Source of the DNA: Octopus sinensis
Lineage: Eukaryota
Length of the DNA: 64,000 bases
NCBI RefSeq assembly: GCF_006345805.1
Contig: NW_021832844.1
Coordinates: 1-64,000, forward strand
Direction: 5' to 3'
Position 1 is the first letter of the stretch. Every line of letters starts with the position of its first letter. The position numbers and the translations under genes were made by a program. This document shows, one piece after another, positions 47,540-63,620 of this stretch. The notes beneath the pieces were generated by a model. The model had not been told where the DNA came from. It saw only the letters and a program-made list of their open reading frames with translations, and made no database searches.

Positions 47540-48060
47540 TTTTTGCATAACCCCGCTCACACACTCATGTATGAGAGTAGCAGCTAGCAGAAACCTTTCT
47601 TCGACTTGATGCCGGCAATTTTCTCGGAAAACGCTGAAATCAACAATCTAATTCACAAAGCTCTGGAAGAGCTGGTTTCATTTCAGTTCTGAAACCGACG
47701 GGCCTTGTTCTTGAAGATGCTAAACATACCGACGGCTTACGGTTTTCGCTTTTGAATCGGGGAAGCAGTTTGTTTGGGACGTCACCTGTGCCGACTCTTT
47801 CGCCAAGGGAGCTTTGAATTCCACTGCTTGTCGACCCGGTTCGTCGGCCGAGAAAGCCGAATCCACGAAACTGAGGATTTGCGCGATCGCCTTTGCTTTT
47901 GGGCAATTGCCGTGGAGACTTTCTGTGTTTTTGGGGCAAAGACGCTTGCTCATCTTTAGAAACTTGCTGTCTGTGCACCCATCGCTTCAGAGATCCTTGG
48001 GAATTTATATTCCTTATTCAGAGGATCTATTTTACGCGGGAATTGTCTCTCAATCCTGCT
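47540..48060 (+). mobile_element. CRE-like retroelement endonuclease fragment
   Basis: EPTGLV, FVWDVTCADSF, AIAVETF motifs. Confidence 0.78.
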
Positions 48061-48384
48061 AGATTTTTTTAATTACTAAAAATTATTAATGCACTTTTAT
48101 TTTTTATGTCTGTACAAAACTAAATTCATTAATAACCTTAACCCAAAACTAAAATAAATCCGAAAGTTGGAAAGGTTTTGAAACATGTCGTGGTATAAAA
48201 ATTATAAATAACTAAGAAATTATCTTGATTATATCATACAAAAAACGGATTTTAAATATATTTATTTTATTAAAGTTATGATTTATAAAATAAAATATCA
48301 TTTCAGCGCTTGTTGTGGTGTAGTTAATTAATTATTTTATTTATTAAATATACTACTTTCATTATTTATTACAAATTAAACAGA

Positions 48385-49832
48385 ATGGAAGAATCACGAA
48401 ATATACTTCAAAATCAAACAGTCCCTTACGAACCTCATCCAGACAAGAAGTACCCACTTACCAACAAACTTCAATTCCTCAAGAAAAACGTGCTTCCGGC
48501 AGTACTGAAGCACCAAGTCTCCTGGCCCTTCCGAAAGCCGGTGGATGTGGTCGGACTGGGGCTAACTGTAATATAGTCAGTACATTGCAGGACTACTACA
48601 CCCTGATCAAAACCCCCATGGACTTGTCCTCGGTCTGTAAGCGACTGAACCACGGGTGGTACAGCTGTGGGGAAGAGTGCATTGCCGACTTTAATCTAAT
48701 AATCCAGAATTGTCTCGCATACAACAAGCCTGACGAAGATGTGTCCAAAATGGCTCAAATTCTCAAACGATTTTTTGTTGAAAAACTCCTAAAAATGCCT
48801 CAAACGGAATATGTGGTCACTCCTGGCAAGAAGAAGGAGCCTTCGGGAGGGAATAGTCGACCAATGCCTAAGAAGGTGTGGCTTTATCTCATTCCAGCGA
48901 GTCCGAGGACAGGGGACTCTCCAAAAAAGATGTTTTGACGTGCTTTGTGAGTTGTTGGACCCTCGTTATGCCGATTTGGTCGGAGAGGAGGCCACTGCCC
49001 TCGAAAATGTAAGAAATGACGTGGAAAATATGAAATATTCCGCATTCACGGAATTTGTGAGTGATCTCCGTGCCGTGATAGCCAATTTCCCCACATCGGG
49101 TGAAAAACTGAGAGTATTGGGTGTCCTCAATGTAGTCCTTGTTGGAGGAGACGATAATAAACGTGGGGATTCGGTATTCCAACGAGGAAGGATTGGAACG
49201 GAATTTGGACGCATTGATGGAGAGGGTGGAGAAGTTGGAATACGAAGTGAGTCTCCTAAAGAACCCGACCCCCCAAGAGAGTTCGAATCCCCCGAAGGAT
49301 GTGGAGGAGGAAGGGTATTCGTATGAAGAGAAGAGGAGACTTAGTTCTACTGTGACGACTCGTTTGCCCAGTAGGGATGTGAGTGTCATTTGTAGCGGAG
49401 GAGTTGATCAGAGTTATTCAAATGGTTAAGGAAAAGGAGCCGGATGCAGGCAAGTTGAGTGAGACGGGCGAATTTGTGTTTGATTTTGAAAAGTTGAAGA
49501 CATCGACGATTCGACTGATTGAACAGCACACGAACGACTGTCTTAAAAGGGCTGAAAAGAATCTGACGAGTGGGGGAAATAAGAGGAAGTACTCCGAAAG
49601 ACTTAAGCAGGAGACTATTGTCGAGCGTAAACTCGAATTGGAGAAAGTTTTGGGAGACGTGAAGAGCATTCTGGCACCAAACTCGAAGAAAGCCCGTACT
49701 GTCGAACTGTTATGTGTAGGCACGGTCGAGTCGGAGACCAAGTCAGAGAATCACCGAATGGAGAGACTTAGCGAAGAGTCGAGTTGGTCGAGTCATTTTG
49801 AGAGCGAATCCGATGGAGTAGATTTGGGTTGA
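48385..49832 (+). CDS. BRD2/3/4: BET-family bromodomain protein (BD1, degenerate BD2, coiled coil, ET domain)
   Basis: [40 protein letters not shown]; ET domain [10 protein letters not shown]...[12 protein letters not shown]. Confidence 0.93.
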
Positions 49833-49930
49833 TTTTCATTACGCTGTGTATATGACTTGGTTTGTTTGCCTGTGTGTGGACTGAGGGGCAATAATACTAC
49901 TAATAACCCGGAAATATATTTCAATACAAA

Positions 49931-52092
49931 TCAACACTTAGTACTATCGAGTGCGTCAGCGAACGAATCAACGTCAGGGGGAGAGTTAGTCATGTCGGTG
50001 GTCTCTGTCACCGTTCTACACTCTACTGACAAGGATACAACCTTCTGACAAACTCGAGTGATTCGTTCTCTAAGAAAGCCCTGATGGAGTTGGAGGCGGC
50101 CACCTACACTCAACAATGATAGTCAACCTCTGCCCAAAGAGTGGAATATCCACACCCGTGTTTGTCCGTGTGCATCAAATCTGGTCTGTTAAGAATCCTA
50201 AAGTCATCTCGAGGGCGAGCAAAGGGCATAAAATCATCCCAGACTGATTTATGCACCAATTCCCAGTGTTTAGTACTACCACATCACACCAGCAAATGTA
50301 CCATCGGTGAAGATCAAGGTCATACATTCCGTAATAAGCCATCCACAAATAATCCACACATTTGAACCAGTTTTTGGCTAACGTAAATACTCAGAACCCC
50401 ACCTTTGGTTATTTTCACTGCCAGATCCTCACTTAGAGAACTCATGCGGACTAAGTTATGAGGCAGGAGACAGAATTTGGTCAAAAAACGGACTCCAATC
50501 GGGTTAGGACTATGAGAGACAAGTCCCGCGATTCCGTGATAGTCAGGAGAAGTTACCAATTCACAGAACATGGTGGAGAACTGCAAATGTGTGACCCAGG
50601 ACAACCTGATTAATAAAGTCCTCCAAAAAATCGAAAGGGACAGGGGTCTCTCCCTCAGAAGGATAGAGATTGAGGGAAATGTAGAAGACAGGAGTCACCG
50701 ACAAGGGTCCACTCCCTCCACGGATTCGGTGACATACACTCTCGAAGGACTCCCTCTTGTCCCCTCGTCTGAAGGGGTCCAAATAAAAGGATCCAATGAC
50801 TTTTCTCGAATGGTCGACCACATCATAAAGACGCACATTTCCATCCCAAACGTGCTCCTTCTCCGTGAAATCAACAGAGAAAACTTCCCCCACCACCCCA
50901 AACAACCCATTGATGACGTCACTGAGGGGAAAGTACTCAGCACGTGACTCGAATGTGGTACTGTCTCATATTGGTGGGTCAAACCTTGAAAAATGGTCCT
51001 CGTGCACTCTCCGCCAGAAGGGGATGTCGTACTCTTCCATTACATTACGGAACCCACGGTTTTCCGCGAAACCTTGAAGTTCCTCCAGTCTGTTGAGGGT
51101 GGAAGGAATCAGTCGAGACTTGAGACGAACAAGAAAGTCCTCGACCACATCTACGTTTCCCGCCGTCGACAATTCCGCGGCATTCTCATAGCCCAACAGA
51201 CAAGCCCGACGGTAACACTGGTGACGAATCCTGCCGATTGTCACCGCGTTACTCTCATGGTAATTCCCCCCTCTGGTGACTCCGATCATGAGACAGGCCT
51301 GCCACAAATTCGAACGGAAAGTCCTGTTTCCAGCAAATTGGAGGACGTGGGACATTGCCGAGGGTCCCACACTCACCCCTGACCGCGGAACATTCCCGAA
51401 ATGGTACTTCCACAGACTATCCGGTAGGTTTTTGAGCAGTTCTGGATCGTCTGCAGGCACAAATGTATTTTCGGAGATATTTCGGGCCAAATCACTAGTT
51501 GTGTGAATAATGGAAGGAACCAGTATTTCTTGACAGAGATGTCGAGTTCTTCCGTGTACATGAAAAAATCCTGTCTCTTATCGTCATTGGAAATGGAAAA
51601 TCCGTTGGCGGAAAAATATTTTTGTTGTTTTTCCGTGATTTGATCGACTCCCCAAGGTAGCTTCGAAAACTCCTTTCCGCGCAAAACAAATTTGTAGAGA
51701 GGCTCAGACTGTCGGATCAGTTTTTGTAGGTGACTCCAGTGCTTGTGTGCCTGGGCATTATGAGGGGACTGACTCTGTCGACGGAAGTCTGAACTGCCCG
51801 ATCAGTGCATAAAAGTTTGTAGAGGTTGGCAGTGTCCACCACGTAGGCTAAGGGAACTCCCAACAACTCAAATTCCTCGACCAAGTGGGAATAGTCTCGG
51901 GGAGTTCGAATGTCTGGACTGATTAGTAGTGTCTGTACTTGCTGCTTTTTTGAGTAGACCATCCAGATGTATTTCCGACACTAAACACGCCTTGTGGACA
52001 GCTGAGAAAATTCGGTGGGCGGGCATCGGGGGGAAAGAGGGCAATTGGTCAAAACTCAGTAAAGAATTGTTGGAGGGAGTGTCGTTGCTCAT
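49931..52092 (-). CDS. M3-family oligopeptidase-like protein lacking the HExxH zinc motif
   Basis: LLSFDQLPSF, FRSNLWQA, YENAAELS, YDIPFWRR, VIGSFYLDPF, WAEVAA. The HEFGH position reads NQFST after splicing 50581-50605. Confidence 0.85.
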
Positions 52093-52299
52093 TTTAGGCA
52101 CTCTTTGTTAATACACATCATTTTCTTACACTATGAAGCTTCCAGTCGAAGCTTGGGCGACAAGTCGGACAGAAAATAAATTGGGAATTCGGTTCACCAA
52201 CATGTTCTAATTAATTTAACATTTTTTATTATCAATTCAATATTAATAAAAACTGACAAGAAATCTCAAAAATTATAAAAGTAACAACAACAGTAACAA

Positions 52300-53713
<1,414 letters not shown>

Positions 53714-53792
53714 TTATATAAATATATTTATTTATATTAAATTAGTATCAATTTTATAATAATTAATAATTTAAATATTCCATTGTGGTGTT

Positions 53793-54177
53793 ATGGATTC
53801 CGACGAAATTAATGTTTTATTTTCAGAAATGATTAAAGACAACTTGGACGTGCTACAAAAACAACTAAACAGTTAAGAACCCGGTGGTATATTGACAGCC
53901 TCACTAGAGGACTACAAACTGCTCACCAACATGAACAGTGCCCTGTCTGAAGAGTATGAAGAAATGAAAGCCAAACTTGAGAGAATCAAATCATTTTTTG
54001 CCCACATTGAAGAGAAAAGTAATTTGTATGACAATTGTTGCAGCAAAGAACTTGTCTCTGCATATTTCCAAAATTGATACAATCGAATTAGCAGTCGAAC
54101 AAATGGAAGGACTTGTCAAAAAATTGACGGGATATACTGAGAATTTGGAAAATAAATTTTATAAACGAATTTCATAA
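53793..54177 (+). CDS. BLOC1S2: BLOC-1 subunit 2
   Basis: LEDYKLLTNMN...YEEMK...IDTIELAVEQME...LENKF, with two short introns. Confidence 0.85.
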
Positions 54178-54365
54178 TTTAAAGTTGATTAATTGTTTAT
54201 TGGAGACGGAATTTTTGATTTATATATAAAATAACTAGGTTACTTAACATTGAAAGTTTACAATTTTATTTAATTAATTTTTTATTAATGATATTTTTAA
54301 ATAAATTATAATCAATTTAATTTTATTCAACGTGGTTAGTTTTTTTAATGAAAATTTAGTCCTTC

Positions 54366-55299
54366 ATGTGGATAAAATTTCTCTTAAACAAATACGCAGG
54401 TCATTTAGTCCAAATAAGAGGAATCCATTGGTATAAATCATTAAACTAACCAAAGCCAAATCCCCTCATATTCGGGGCACAGCCACTGGCAGAACATCCA
54501 AGCCACCAAGTCACAAAAAGACTCAGAAAAATCAAAAATAATCTCCCGCCACACCGCAAACCTGCGAAGAATAATGAGTCCTCATTTAACAAACTATTCC
54601 AGTCACATCCAGGAATCCCAACCCCGTCACAAACACTCAACTCAAAAATGCGGTCGAGGAAGCACGGAAGGACAACGTTCCGCAGTCCTCCATAGACCGA
54701 GTGTTGAATAAATTTGTAATTTGCTCAAAAAACTATTCCAACAGTCCTCGGAGACCACCAGTGTGTGTGTGAGGGCAAATGGTCCCGGTGGAGTCAAGCT
54801 CTGCATCACCGGGGACTCTCAGACTCCCAAAAAATTAGTGACCGACCTACGATCCCTGCTCAAAAGGAATGGGTATCTTCCAAATGTTTAATTTTTGATT
54901 TTTTTATTGTGACGACAAACCTGTGGACCACTTTGAAGTCACCGGTGTCATCCACGTGGAGTCAGGGTCACTATCCTTGGATGAGATGGTCGACATTGGC
55001 ATTGAATTGGGGGCTAATGAGGTACTCGAACGGAAGGACGAGTCTGGAAATATATATTTTCTAGTTTTGTGTTATTTTATATATTTTATTAGTTTATAAC
55101 GGACAGTGAGTCGTTTAAGGCCGTCCGTGATTCGTTGATGAGGAAGGGTCACTCGTGTCTCTATTCCGGGGTGGAGTATGTGGCTTATGATCATATTTCT
55201 CTCATGGAAGGGACAGCCAAGAACGCGTACACCAAATTGATGTCTCAGTTGGATGACCTATTGGAGATAAGGAAAGTTTATGATAATGTTGATGACTAA
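54366..55299 (+). CDS. TACO1: TACO1/YebC-family translational activator
   Basis: GHSHWQNIQATK, LKNAVEEARKDNVPQSSIDRVL, C-terminal IRKVYDNV; N-terminal presequence-like segment and short introns. Confidence 0.88.
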
Positions 55300-55559
55300 T
55301 ATTTTGCTATAAAATAGTCATAAATTAAACTTTATTTTGCCTTTTTAGTAAACCATCCTTGTTCCATTAGAAATGACTTGTTTGGTTGAATTTTTTCTAA
55401 ACCTTGAAGAATAAAATGGCATTTAATAATTCTTACAAATCAAAAAATCAAGTCTTTGATTTCACAAATTATCCATGTTTAATTTAGGCGTCAATTCCAG
55501 TTTAAAAAAAAACTAGGCTAAATTACATTCAATAATATTTCACCCAAATAAAGAAGAAA

Positions 55560-55790
55560 CATCAAAAAGAAGAAATATGATGGGCTCACCGATCGTTACG
55601 TTTTCCGGCCGGTTGCTGTCGAAACCCTGGGATCGATTGGGAAGGAGTCGTTGTGCTTCCTCAAGTGTATTGGACGTCTCAAGACCTTGAGAACACACAA
55701 TCCTCTGGAGACGAGATGGCTCCTCCAGAACGTGTCCCAAGCAATAGTGAGGGGAAACAGGATCGGCATCAGTTCTTCTTCTTATTGACC
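55560..55790 (+). mobile_element. CRE-like retroelement endonuclease C-terminal fragment
   Basis: FRPVAVETLGSIG...WLLQNVSQAIVRGN. Confidence 0.8.
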
Positions 55791-56868
55791 TTAACATTCC
55801 TGCATTATGTTAATTATGTTGAGAGAAAAAAAAATTTCACCCAAATTGTGTATGTTTCATGCCAATTTAGAATGTACTTTACAAAGATATGGATATCTAG
55901 TGATTGTGAGTAGTCTGTTTCAAAGCAACTGGTGTTAGAAAAACACAAGGACTGTTTTATCATGATATTGATTATTGGACATTCTATAAATTCTTGCATT
56001 TGACAAAATATATGATGTCATGAACTCGTAGAGAATCAGATCTTATTATTCACTTAAGCAGGCTGGATAGACAGTCTTTACTTGTCAAATCATCAGAATT
56101 TAAATAAATAGGTAATAATTCAATAACATATAATTGAACACGAACATGCTTAGTACAAGTATTAACGTCAGAATGATCGATCGACTGACCTCTCCTACAA
56201 AGAGAGAAACACAAAGCAATAAATGTTATATCAAAGAATTAGTGCACATACTAAATGTCCAGTTCATTCCCGTAATCGGCCACTTCTTTCACAACACAAA
56301 TCGGGACTGATAAATCAGGTCGAACTACCAACCTTCCGATTTGTCTTCAAAATAGGAATGTCGGTCATTTGTAAAGCAGGATCTCTTAACTTTTTCTATT
56401 TTCTTATCAATTTGAGTAAGACAGCGAGTTTTTTCGAGTTCGATGAGACGTTTTTGTTGCAAATGCATTATTTCGGCGTGCCTGTTCTTTGCTATGCTCG
56501 TTCTGCGGGGTAAATTGTGTTCCACCATCGCCCGAAAAACGGCACTGAGTATTTATATATCGCATATCCCCATGGCAGTGACGACTGCAGTGCAACTCAC
56601 CTCATTTATTCCACAAATTATTACCCAAAATACACCTAATTAACACTTGGTGGTTTATCCTAAAGTACATTGGCCCATTACACTAATACGGATAAGGAAA
56701 AAAAGTGAACTTCCAAAAAGAATAATAAAATAAATGTTTAATTATAAATAAGTTTATTTAAGTTTATAATATTAATTATAAAAAATATTACTAATATATG
56801 ATCCAGATTGATGTGTGTCGGCCAACAAAAATGTATCGATTTGTCATAATTCTGACGCTATTAAATAA

Positions 56869-57426
56869 TGATGCATTTATTAAGCCAAAATGTCGATCTC
56901 AATCGTTTGGATTCCCCAACAGAACGAGCTCGGACTCACTCCATAACCTCCCTAAGACAGTCCCTACAAATCGGCAACCCAGCCACTCAATACCTGGGCC
57001 GAAAAAAGCGGAATATTTTAAGAAATTGTAACCCAAAAAAATAGTCATTCAAAGGTCTCCAATTAGGGGAGTACACAGATCAGGTCGAGGGCGAAATTGT
57101 CACTCGGGGTCCTTCTCTGTTCGAGAAAATGGCCAGCGACGACGACTTGTTCAATGTCCCTTATAAACAGTCATTCCCAGCTCTGGAATGAGTTCGTCAG
57201 TCTTTCCGAAGAGGATCAGTTTTTAGTGCTACAGGAAATCCAAGAGAGGGAGTCATGTGAGAGAGGGAATCACGGTTTCCGTGGCTCAGTACTACTTTCT
57301 GGACTCAACGGGTATTTTCTGGGTTTTTTGGCAGTGGATCTCGCCTACAATGTGTATGTGAGCAATTCACGTCCAATCTTCCTACAACCAAAACACCGAT
57401 TTGTTAAATTTATTAAAGTAAACTAA
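56869..57426 (+). CDS. R3HDM4: R3H-associated-domain protein (R3HDM4-like), possibly partial
   Basis: GRKKR followed by WNEFVSLSEEDQ..VL, recalled R3HDM4 N-terminal motifs; exon structure not fully resolved. Confidence 0.45.
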
Positions 57427-57471
57427 CTTATTAATTTATATTTATTAAATATATAAATTATGTAAGTAAGA

Positions 57472-59128
<1,657 letters not shown>

Positions 59129-59329
59129 GGAGCTTATTTTTTTACTAAAAATAATTTCTAATTTTCATGAAATTAAATTTTTGTATTTCGTTTCTTAATC
59201 ATTGCGTGGAAATTACTGCTGATATTTCTAGATAATTTGGATATTTTACACATCTGCGACAATAAGAAAGTCATAATATTTTTGTCGTTTGTGCCACACC
59301 CAGGAGTCTATGCTGGCTGATTTTCGTGC

Positions 59330-59620
59330 CATGCTCTACTCAATGAAGTGATTAAGAGGGCATTTGATTCGGCGGGATTCCCGTTGGCCTCTTTCTGGGT
59401 GATGGGAAACGTCCCGACGGGATGACTACATTCTCATTCAGGCGAGGGAGGTCTCTTGTTTGGGACGTGACCTGTGTGGATTCCCTGTCGGAGACATTAT
59501 TGGCCAGATAAGAAGTTATTACGGCTAGTGGGAGAAAAAATCGCATTGAAGACTAATGACCGGAAACGAGCTGGCTCTCCCAGCGCGTTTCAATCTCACT
59601 TCTTTTCGGGAACTGCCTCT
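59330..59620 (+). mobile_element. CRE-like retroelement endonuclease fragment, internally deleted, close relative of 42554-43445
   Basis: HALLNEVIKRAFDSAGFP, DGKRPDGMT, SLVWDVTCVDS. Confidence 0.82.
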
Positions 59621-60432
59621 GGATTTTTCAGCTTATTTGATTATGCTCGATGTTTGATTATATTTAACTCTATCGACTTTTATACTTTACGAAAAAAAAT
59701 TTTTTGGTTTCAACTGCAAACTATGACGAAAGGGGATTGGTATCATGTAAAATAAATGTTCTTGAGATAAGTTTTACCTTACATTATAAAAAAAATGATA
59801 ATTAAATTGATTTCGTAATAAAACTAGCAAGATACAAGATATATGATGTTCTGCCTCTTATTTAAACCCAAGGAAACATCGTAACCCATCTATTGGGGAA
59901 TTGCATAATAGCCTCGGGTCACTAAAGTTAACTAACTACTGTGATCCTGTTAAGAATAGTTATTTTAAAATGTTTAGATGCGTTTTTTTAATTTATGTTA
60001 TTTTGTGTTTTTGATTTGGACAGCCTTTACACTTATTCCAGAATTGGCCAATAGATTTGTATTTTCTATTGCTAGAACCATAAAACATTGAAACAAGAAA
60101 AAATTAATAATTCAACATTCTAAAAATAAAATATCGATTTAGATTGTGAAACATGTCAGATCATTGTTGCTTCATTAGGAAATGCCAATTAAAATTTGAT
60201 AGTGCTCAGAAATTTATGTGAAAGAAACGAGGTGAGCAATCTCAAAAGGAACGTGGTTATCTACGTCTTTAAAATTTAAAAGTTTTCATGCCTCAATTTT
60301 GTAATAAAAACTTAGTTTTTTAGTAAAAATAATTTCTAATTTTCATGAAATTAAATTTTGTATTTTGTTTCTTAATCATTGCGTGTAAATTATTCCTGAT
60401 ATTTCCAGACAAATTGGATTTATTAGCACATC

Positions 60433-60590
60433 TAGAACTCCAATCCCTGGGATATCGTCTTCCCAGATCGATTACCTTGGGCAGGATAGAACCTTTCCGA
60501 AGGACCTCCGACCCTTGCAAAGTGCATCAGGGATCACGGAGATTATAATTAACTGGTTTACCCTGCTCCTTTGGTCAATAAATGTCTTAT
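60433..60590 (+). mobile_element. 5'-truncated LINE 3' end (same family as 32415-32660 and 44034-44182)
   Basis: GGGATATCGTC...GAACCTTTC.GAAGG...ATTATAATTAACTGG...TTGGTC. Confidence 0.7.
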
Positions 60591-61272
60591 CCGTGAGAAT
60601 AAGAAAGTGGTAATACTTTTGTCGCTTGTGCCACACTTAGGAGTCTGTCGTCCGTAATCTGCCTTGAAGAGGATCAGAACATTGAAAGTATGTTTCCACG
60701 AGAGATCCGTCTGTAGTATGTGGCCGAAAAGTTAAAATTTAATGATATTTGTTTATTTGAATTAGACTTAACATAATCTTAATTACATTGGACGTGATAG
60801 ATTGTTCAGTTTATTGACATTCACCAGGTTATTAAAAATTTTGAACGTAATCGATCTGGCGCTCCGACCTATCTGGACGGTGACAATAATTGTCTCTACG
60901 TGATCTGCTTTGGTAACGGAGTATAAGTCTTAGTTCTTGATCTTTGCATATTCCAGTTGTTACCTGAGTTGTTTCCTGCTAAGATTTTCAGCACATTTTC
61001 CTGAGTTGTAAAGTAAAGCGTGGTTTGAGAGATGCACGTAACTTAGCCATCTCAAATTTAGTCTCTTTAGTGCCAATGTCTACATCTTTTTTCGTTGGAC
61101 ATTTTCACAGTCACCAAGCAGTGATCCGACTTTAGTAACTTTATTTTTCGCTTGACTGTGATTGAATCAGTCTTTGGTCGTTTATTTTCAGGAACCACTC
61201 TTCGAATACTGCAGGTTAAGTGCAATCCAATCTAATAGACTACGTAATATCAATGAATAAAAAAGAGACAAA

Positions 61273-62283
61273 ATGTTACTATTTCGAATACATAAAACAA
61301 GAAATCTTACCTTCAAATACAATATTGAAGATCTTTCAGAATTGAATATAAACATAATCAAGGAGAATCAACAAAAGAGTCTAATGAAGATTATTAAATC
61401 GAAGATGTTGCATTCCGTACTTTTCAAATGTTGTGAGGATCAGAATGTTGACATCAATATGTCTACGGAATGGCTAGTGAATGGAAACAACAGTCCGAGA
61501 TCAGAAGCAATGTATTGTATTATTCAGGATCGAAATATATTTTTCAACGATAACGGAGGAATGTGTAATCATTGTAATCAAGCTAAAAAATCTGTTGATC
61601 ACATGGCTACAAGATGTAGCAGAATGCTGAACAGTGATTATACCAGAAGACATAATGAAGTTATAAGATGCATCCATTTGCATCTCTGCCGCCAATATGG
61701 AATCAAGAAAACCAAAAGGTTAAAGTCACAGACAGTCCAATCGGTTAGCTCAAATCATAAAGTGGAGATAAGAGTGGACACCACCTTGCAGACAGATGTT
61801 CATGTAAAAAACAATAGGCCAGATATCTTTGTCCTTGATAAAACGAAAAACGAAATCACTCTAATTGTAGTCGGAATTACTTCCCACGCCATGTTAAACC
61901 AAATGGAAGTAGAAAAACTACATAAATATGATCTTCTTGCTGGAGAATTATCTCAAATCCACGGTGCGAAGGTAACGATAATCCCCATTGTCCTCACATG
62001 GGATGGGATAGTTTCTAAATTCTATAAGTCTTATATGGAAAGACTGAAGTTGGATGCTTCCACTAGATCGTATATACAATCGCTGACAATTAAGAAGACA
62101 TTGGAGGCCATGCTTGTTGAACATAAACATGGAGTGGAAATTGAAAAACATGAGGAACAAGTTTCGAGAGCCACCAACCACCTCCTAAAATTGGCTAGAG
62201 AAACAACAGATCCACTAGATTTGCCGGAAGATGTGTCTCATGTGTCATATGAAGTGTTAGAGGAGGAGAATTATACAGATTAG
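61273..62283 (+). mobile_element. R4/Dong-like retroelement C-terminal ORF (zinc knuckle plus restriction-like endonuclease), RT absent
   Basis: WLVNGN, CNHC...DHMATRC...RRHNEV, NRPDIFVLDK, GITS...EKLHKYDLLA, IPIVLTWDG. Confidence 0.88.
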
Positions 62284-62341
62284 TTAGTTATTAGTAACTA
62301 AAGACGTTAATTTATAATAAGGCTTTAGTTAAAAAATAAAA

Positions 62342-63331
62342 TTAAACAACTCCCCGTCGCCGGTTGTTTAGCCAGACGGTATTCTTGGTATGACTAACAA
62401 GCAACATAAAGGAAAGCTAAAAATGATTAAAAAAGTACCAATATGAATATATATCCCCCAAGAATGCCAATAATATACCACCGATACTTCATAAACAGTT
62501 GTTTAAACTTAGTCAGACACCCCACGTGATAGTACTTGGAAATTTCCCCGTTCATCTGCCTCAGTCACCCCAATAATACCCTGACTCCATTCCCACACTC
62601 CAAGTCCTGTTTGTCGACAGTACAACACGAAAAGGGCACTCCTCCACGCTCTTTCGCCAGATTGTCGAGTTGTTGACTAAAATATATGTTTTTATCCCAG
62701 TCTTCGGGGTCGTTGAGACCACAACAGTGAGCCTGTCTCTCTCAAAAAATCAAAAAAAAAACGAAGGATTGAATCGAGTCGATAATGTTCCTCAAATTGG
62801 CATCATCCTGGTACTTCTCCACAATAAAGGACATTTTCCCGCCAATGTTGAGTTGATTGAAGTACTGGGAGACTTGGGGAATGGAGACGTAGACAGACAC
62901 GAACAGGAAAATGAGGATAATTAAAGATAACAACACTTTCAGACACTTTGAGAACTAAAACCAAATAAAAAAGAGAAAAAATACAATTCTGATGAGTTTT
63001 GTGTTTTCTCTGAGCACTCCAAAACAGCCAATGCTATTCACGACTAGTCCAATCAGAAGGAGAGCCACAAAAATGCCCCCGGGATATGCCAGGATGGATA
63101 TAATGGCAGAAGTCGACTTTATGCTCAGATTGTTGACTGTGAGGACGAGGGAGTACAGTCCGGCAGAGAGGAGTAGTACAGCAATGATCTATTTGAGAAG
63201 GTTTCCCTTACCTGGATAGTGCTGAGGACGATTACTATGAAGGTTTTCTCCAGGTTCCATTTTGTTAGAAGCTTCATTATTCTCTGGCGGAGATTGGAGA
63301 TATAAATATCCATTTTTCGTAAAAACCACAT
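62342..63331 (-). CDS. Tetraspanin of TspanC8 type (TSPAN5/14/17/33-like)
   Basis: Four hydrophobic segments, YQDDANLRNIID, CCG...DW..NIYF, ER.GVPFSCC, GC; stop 62342-62344. Confidence 0.88.
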
Positions 63332-63620
63332 TCAAAAGAGATATATACAAAGCAAGCCACAGCTAAATTGTTTGTTGGATTATTTGAGATTATTTTTAAT
63401 ATCATTTGATAATAAAATTTGGAATTATTAGATTATTACGATGCTGATTCTCGCTTTGGAAGTTGTTTGAATTTTGTGTCCACTAAATGATTTAGATATG
63501 GCGGGAAAACATTTTATTTTAATAAAATTGAAAAATATTTTATATTATTAATTAATAGATATAAAAATAATTAACTAAAATTTATTTTAAAATAATAGAA
63601 ATAAAAACCCGCTATTTGTT

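Larger units (their letters stand above)
59148..60648 (+). repeat. Direct repeat pair (about 59148-59328 and 60325-60648); second copy interrupted by a LINE 3' end
   Basis: AAAATAATTTCTAATTTTCATGAAATTAAATTT...CACATCT and AATAAGAAAGT...TGTGCCACAC..AGGAGTCT occur in both copies. Confidence 0.8.

Noticed and set aside
50561-50610. LGH...LHH in the unspliced M3 frame as the zinc site
   Set aside because: It lies in a GT-AG 25-nt intron and is followed by a stop; homology continues only in the spliced frame.
56230-56600. Possible small minus-strand gene (HLQQKRLIELEKTRCL...)
   Set aside because: Coding-like, but I could not build a consistent exon model or recognise a family.
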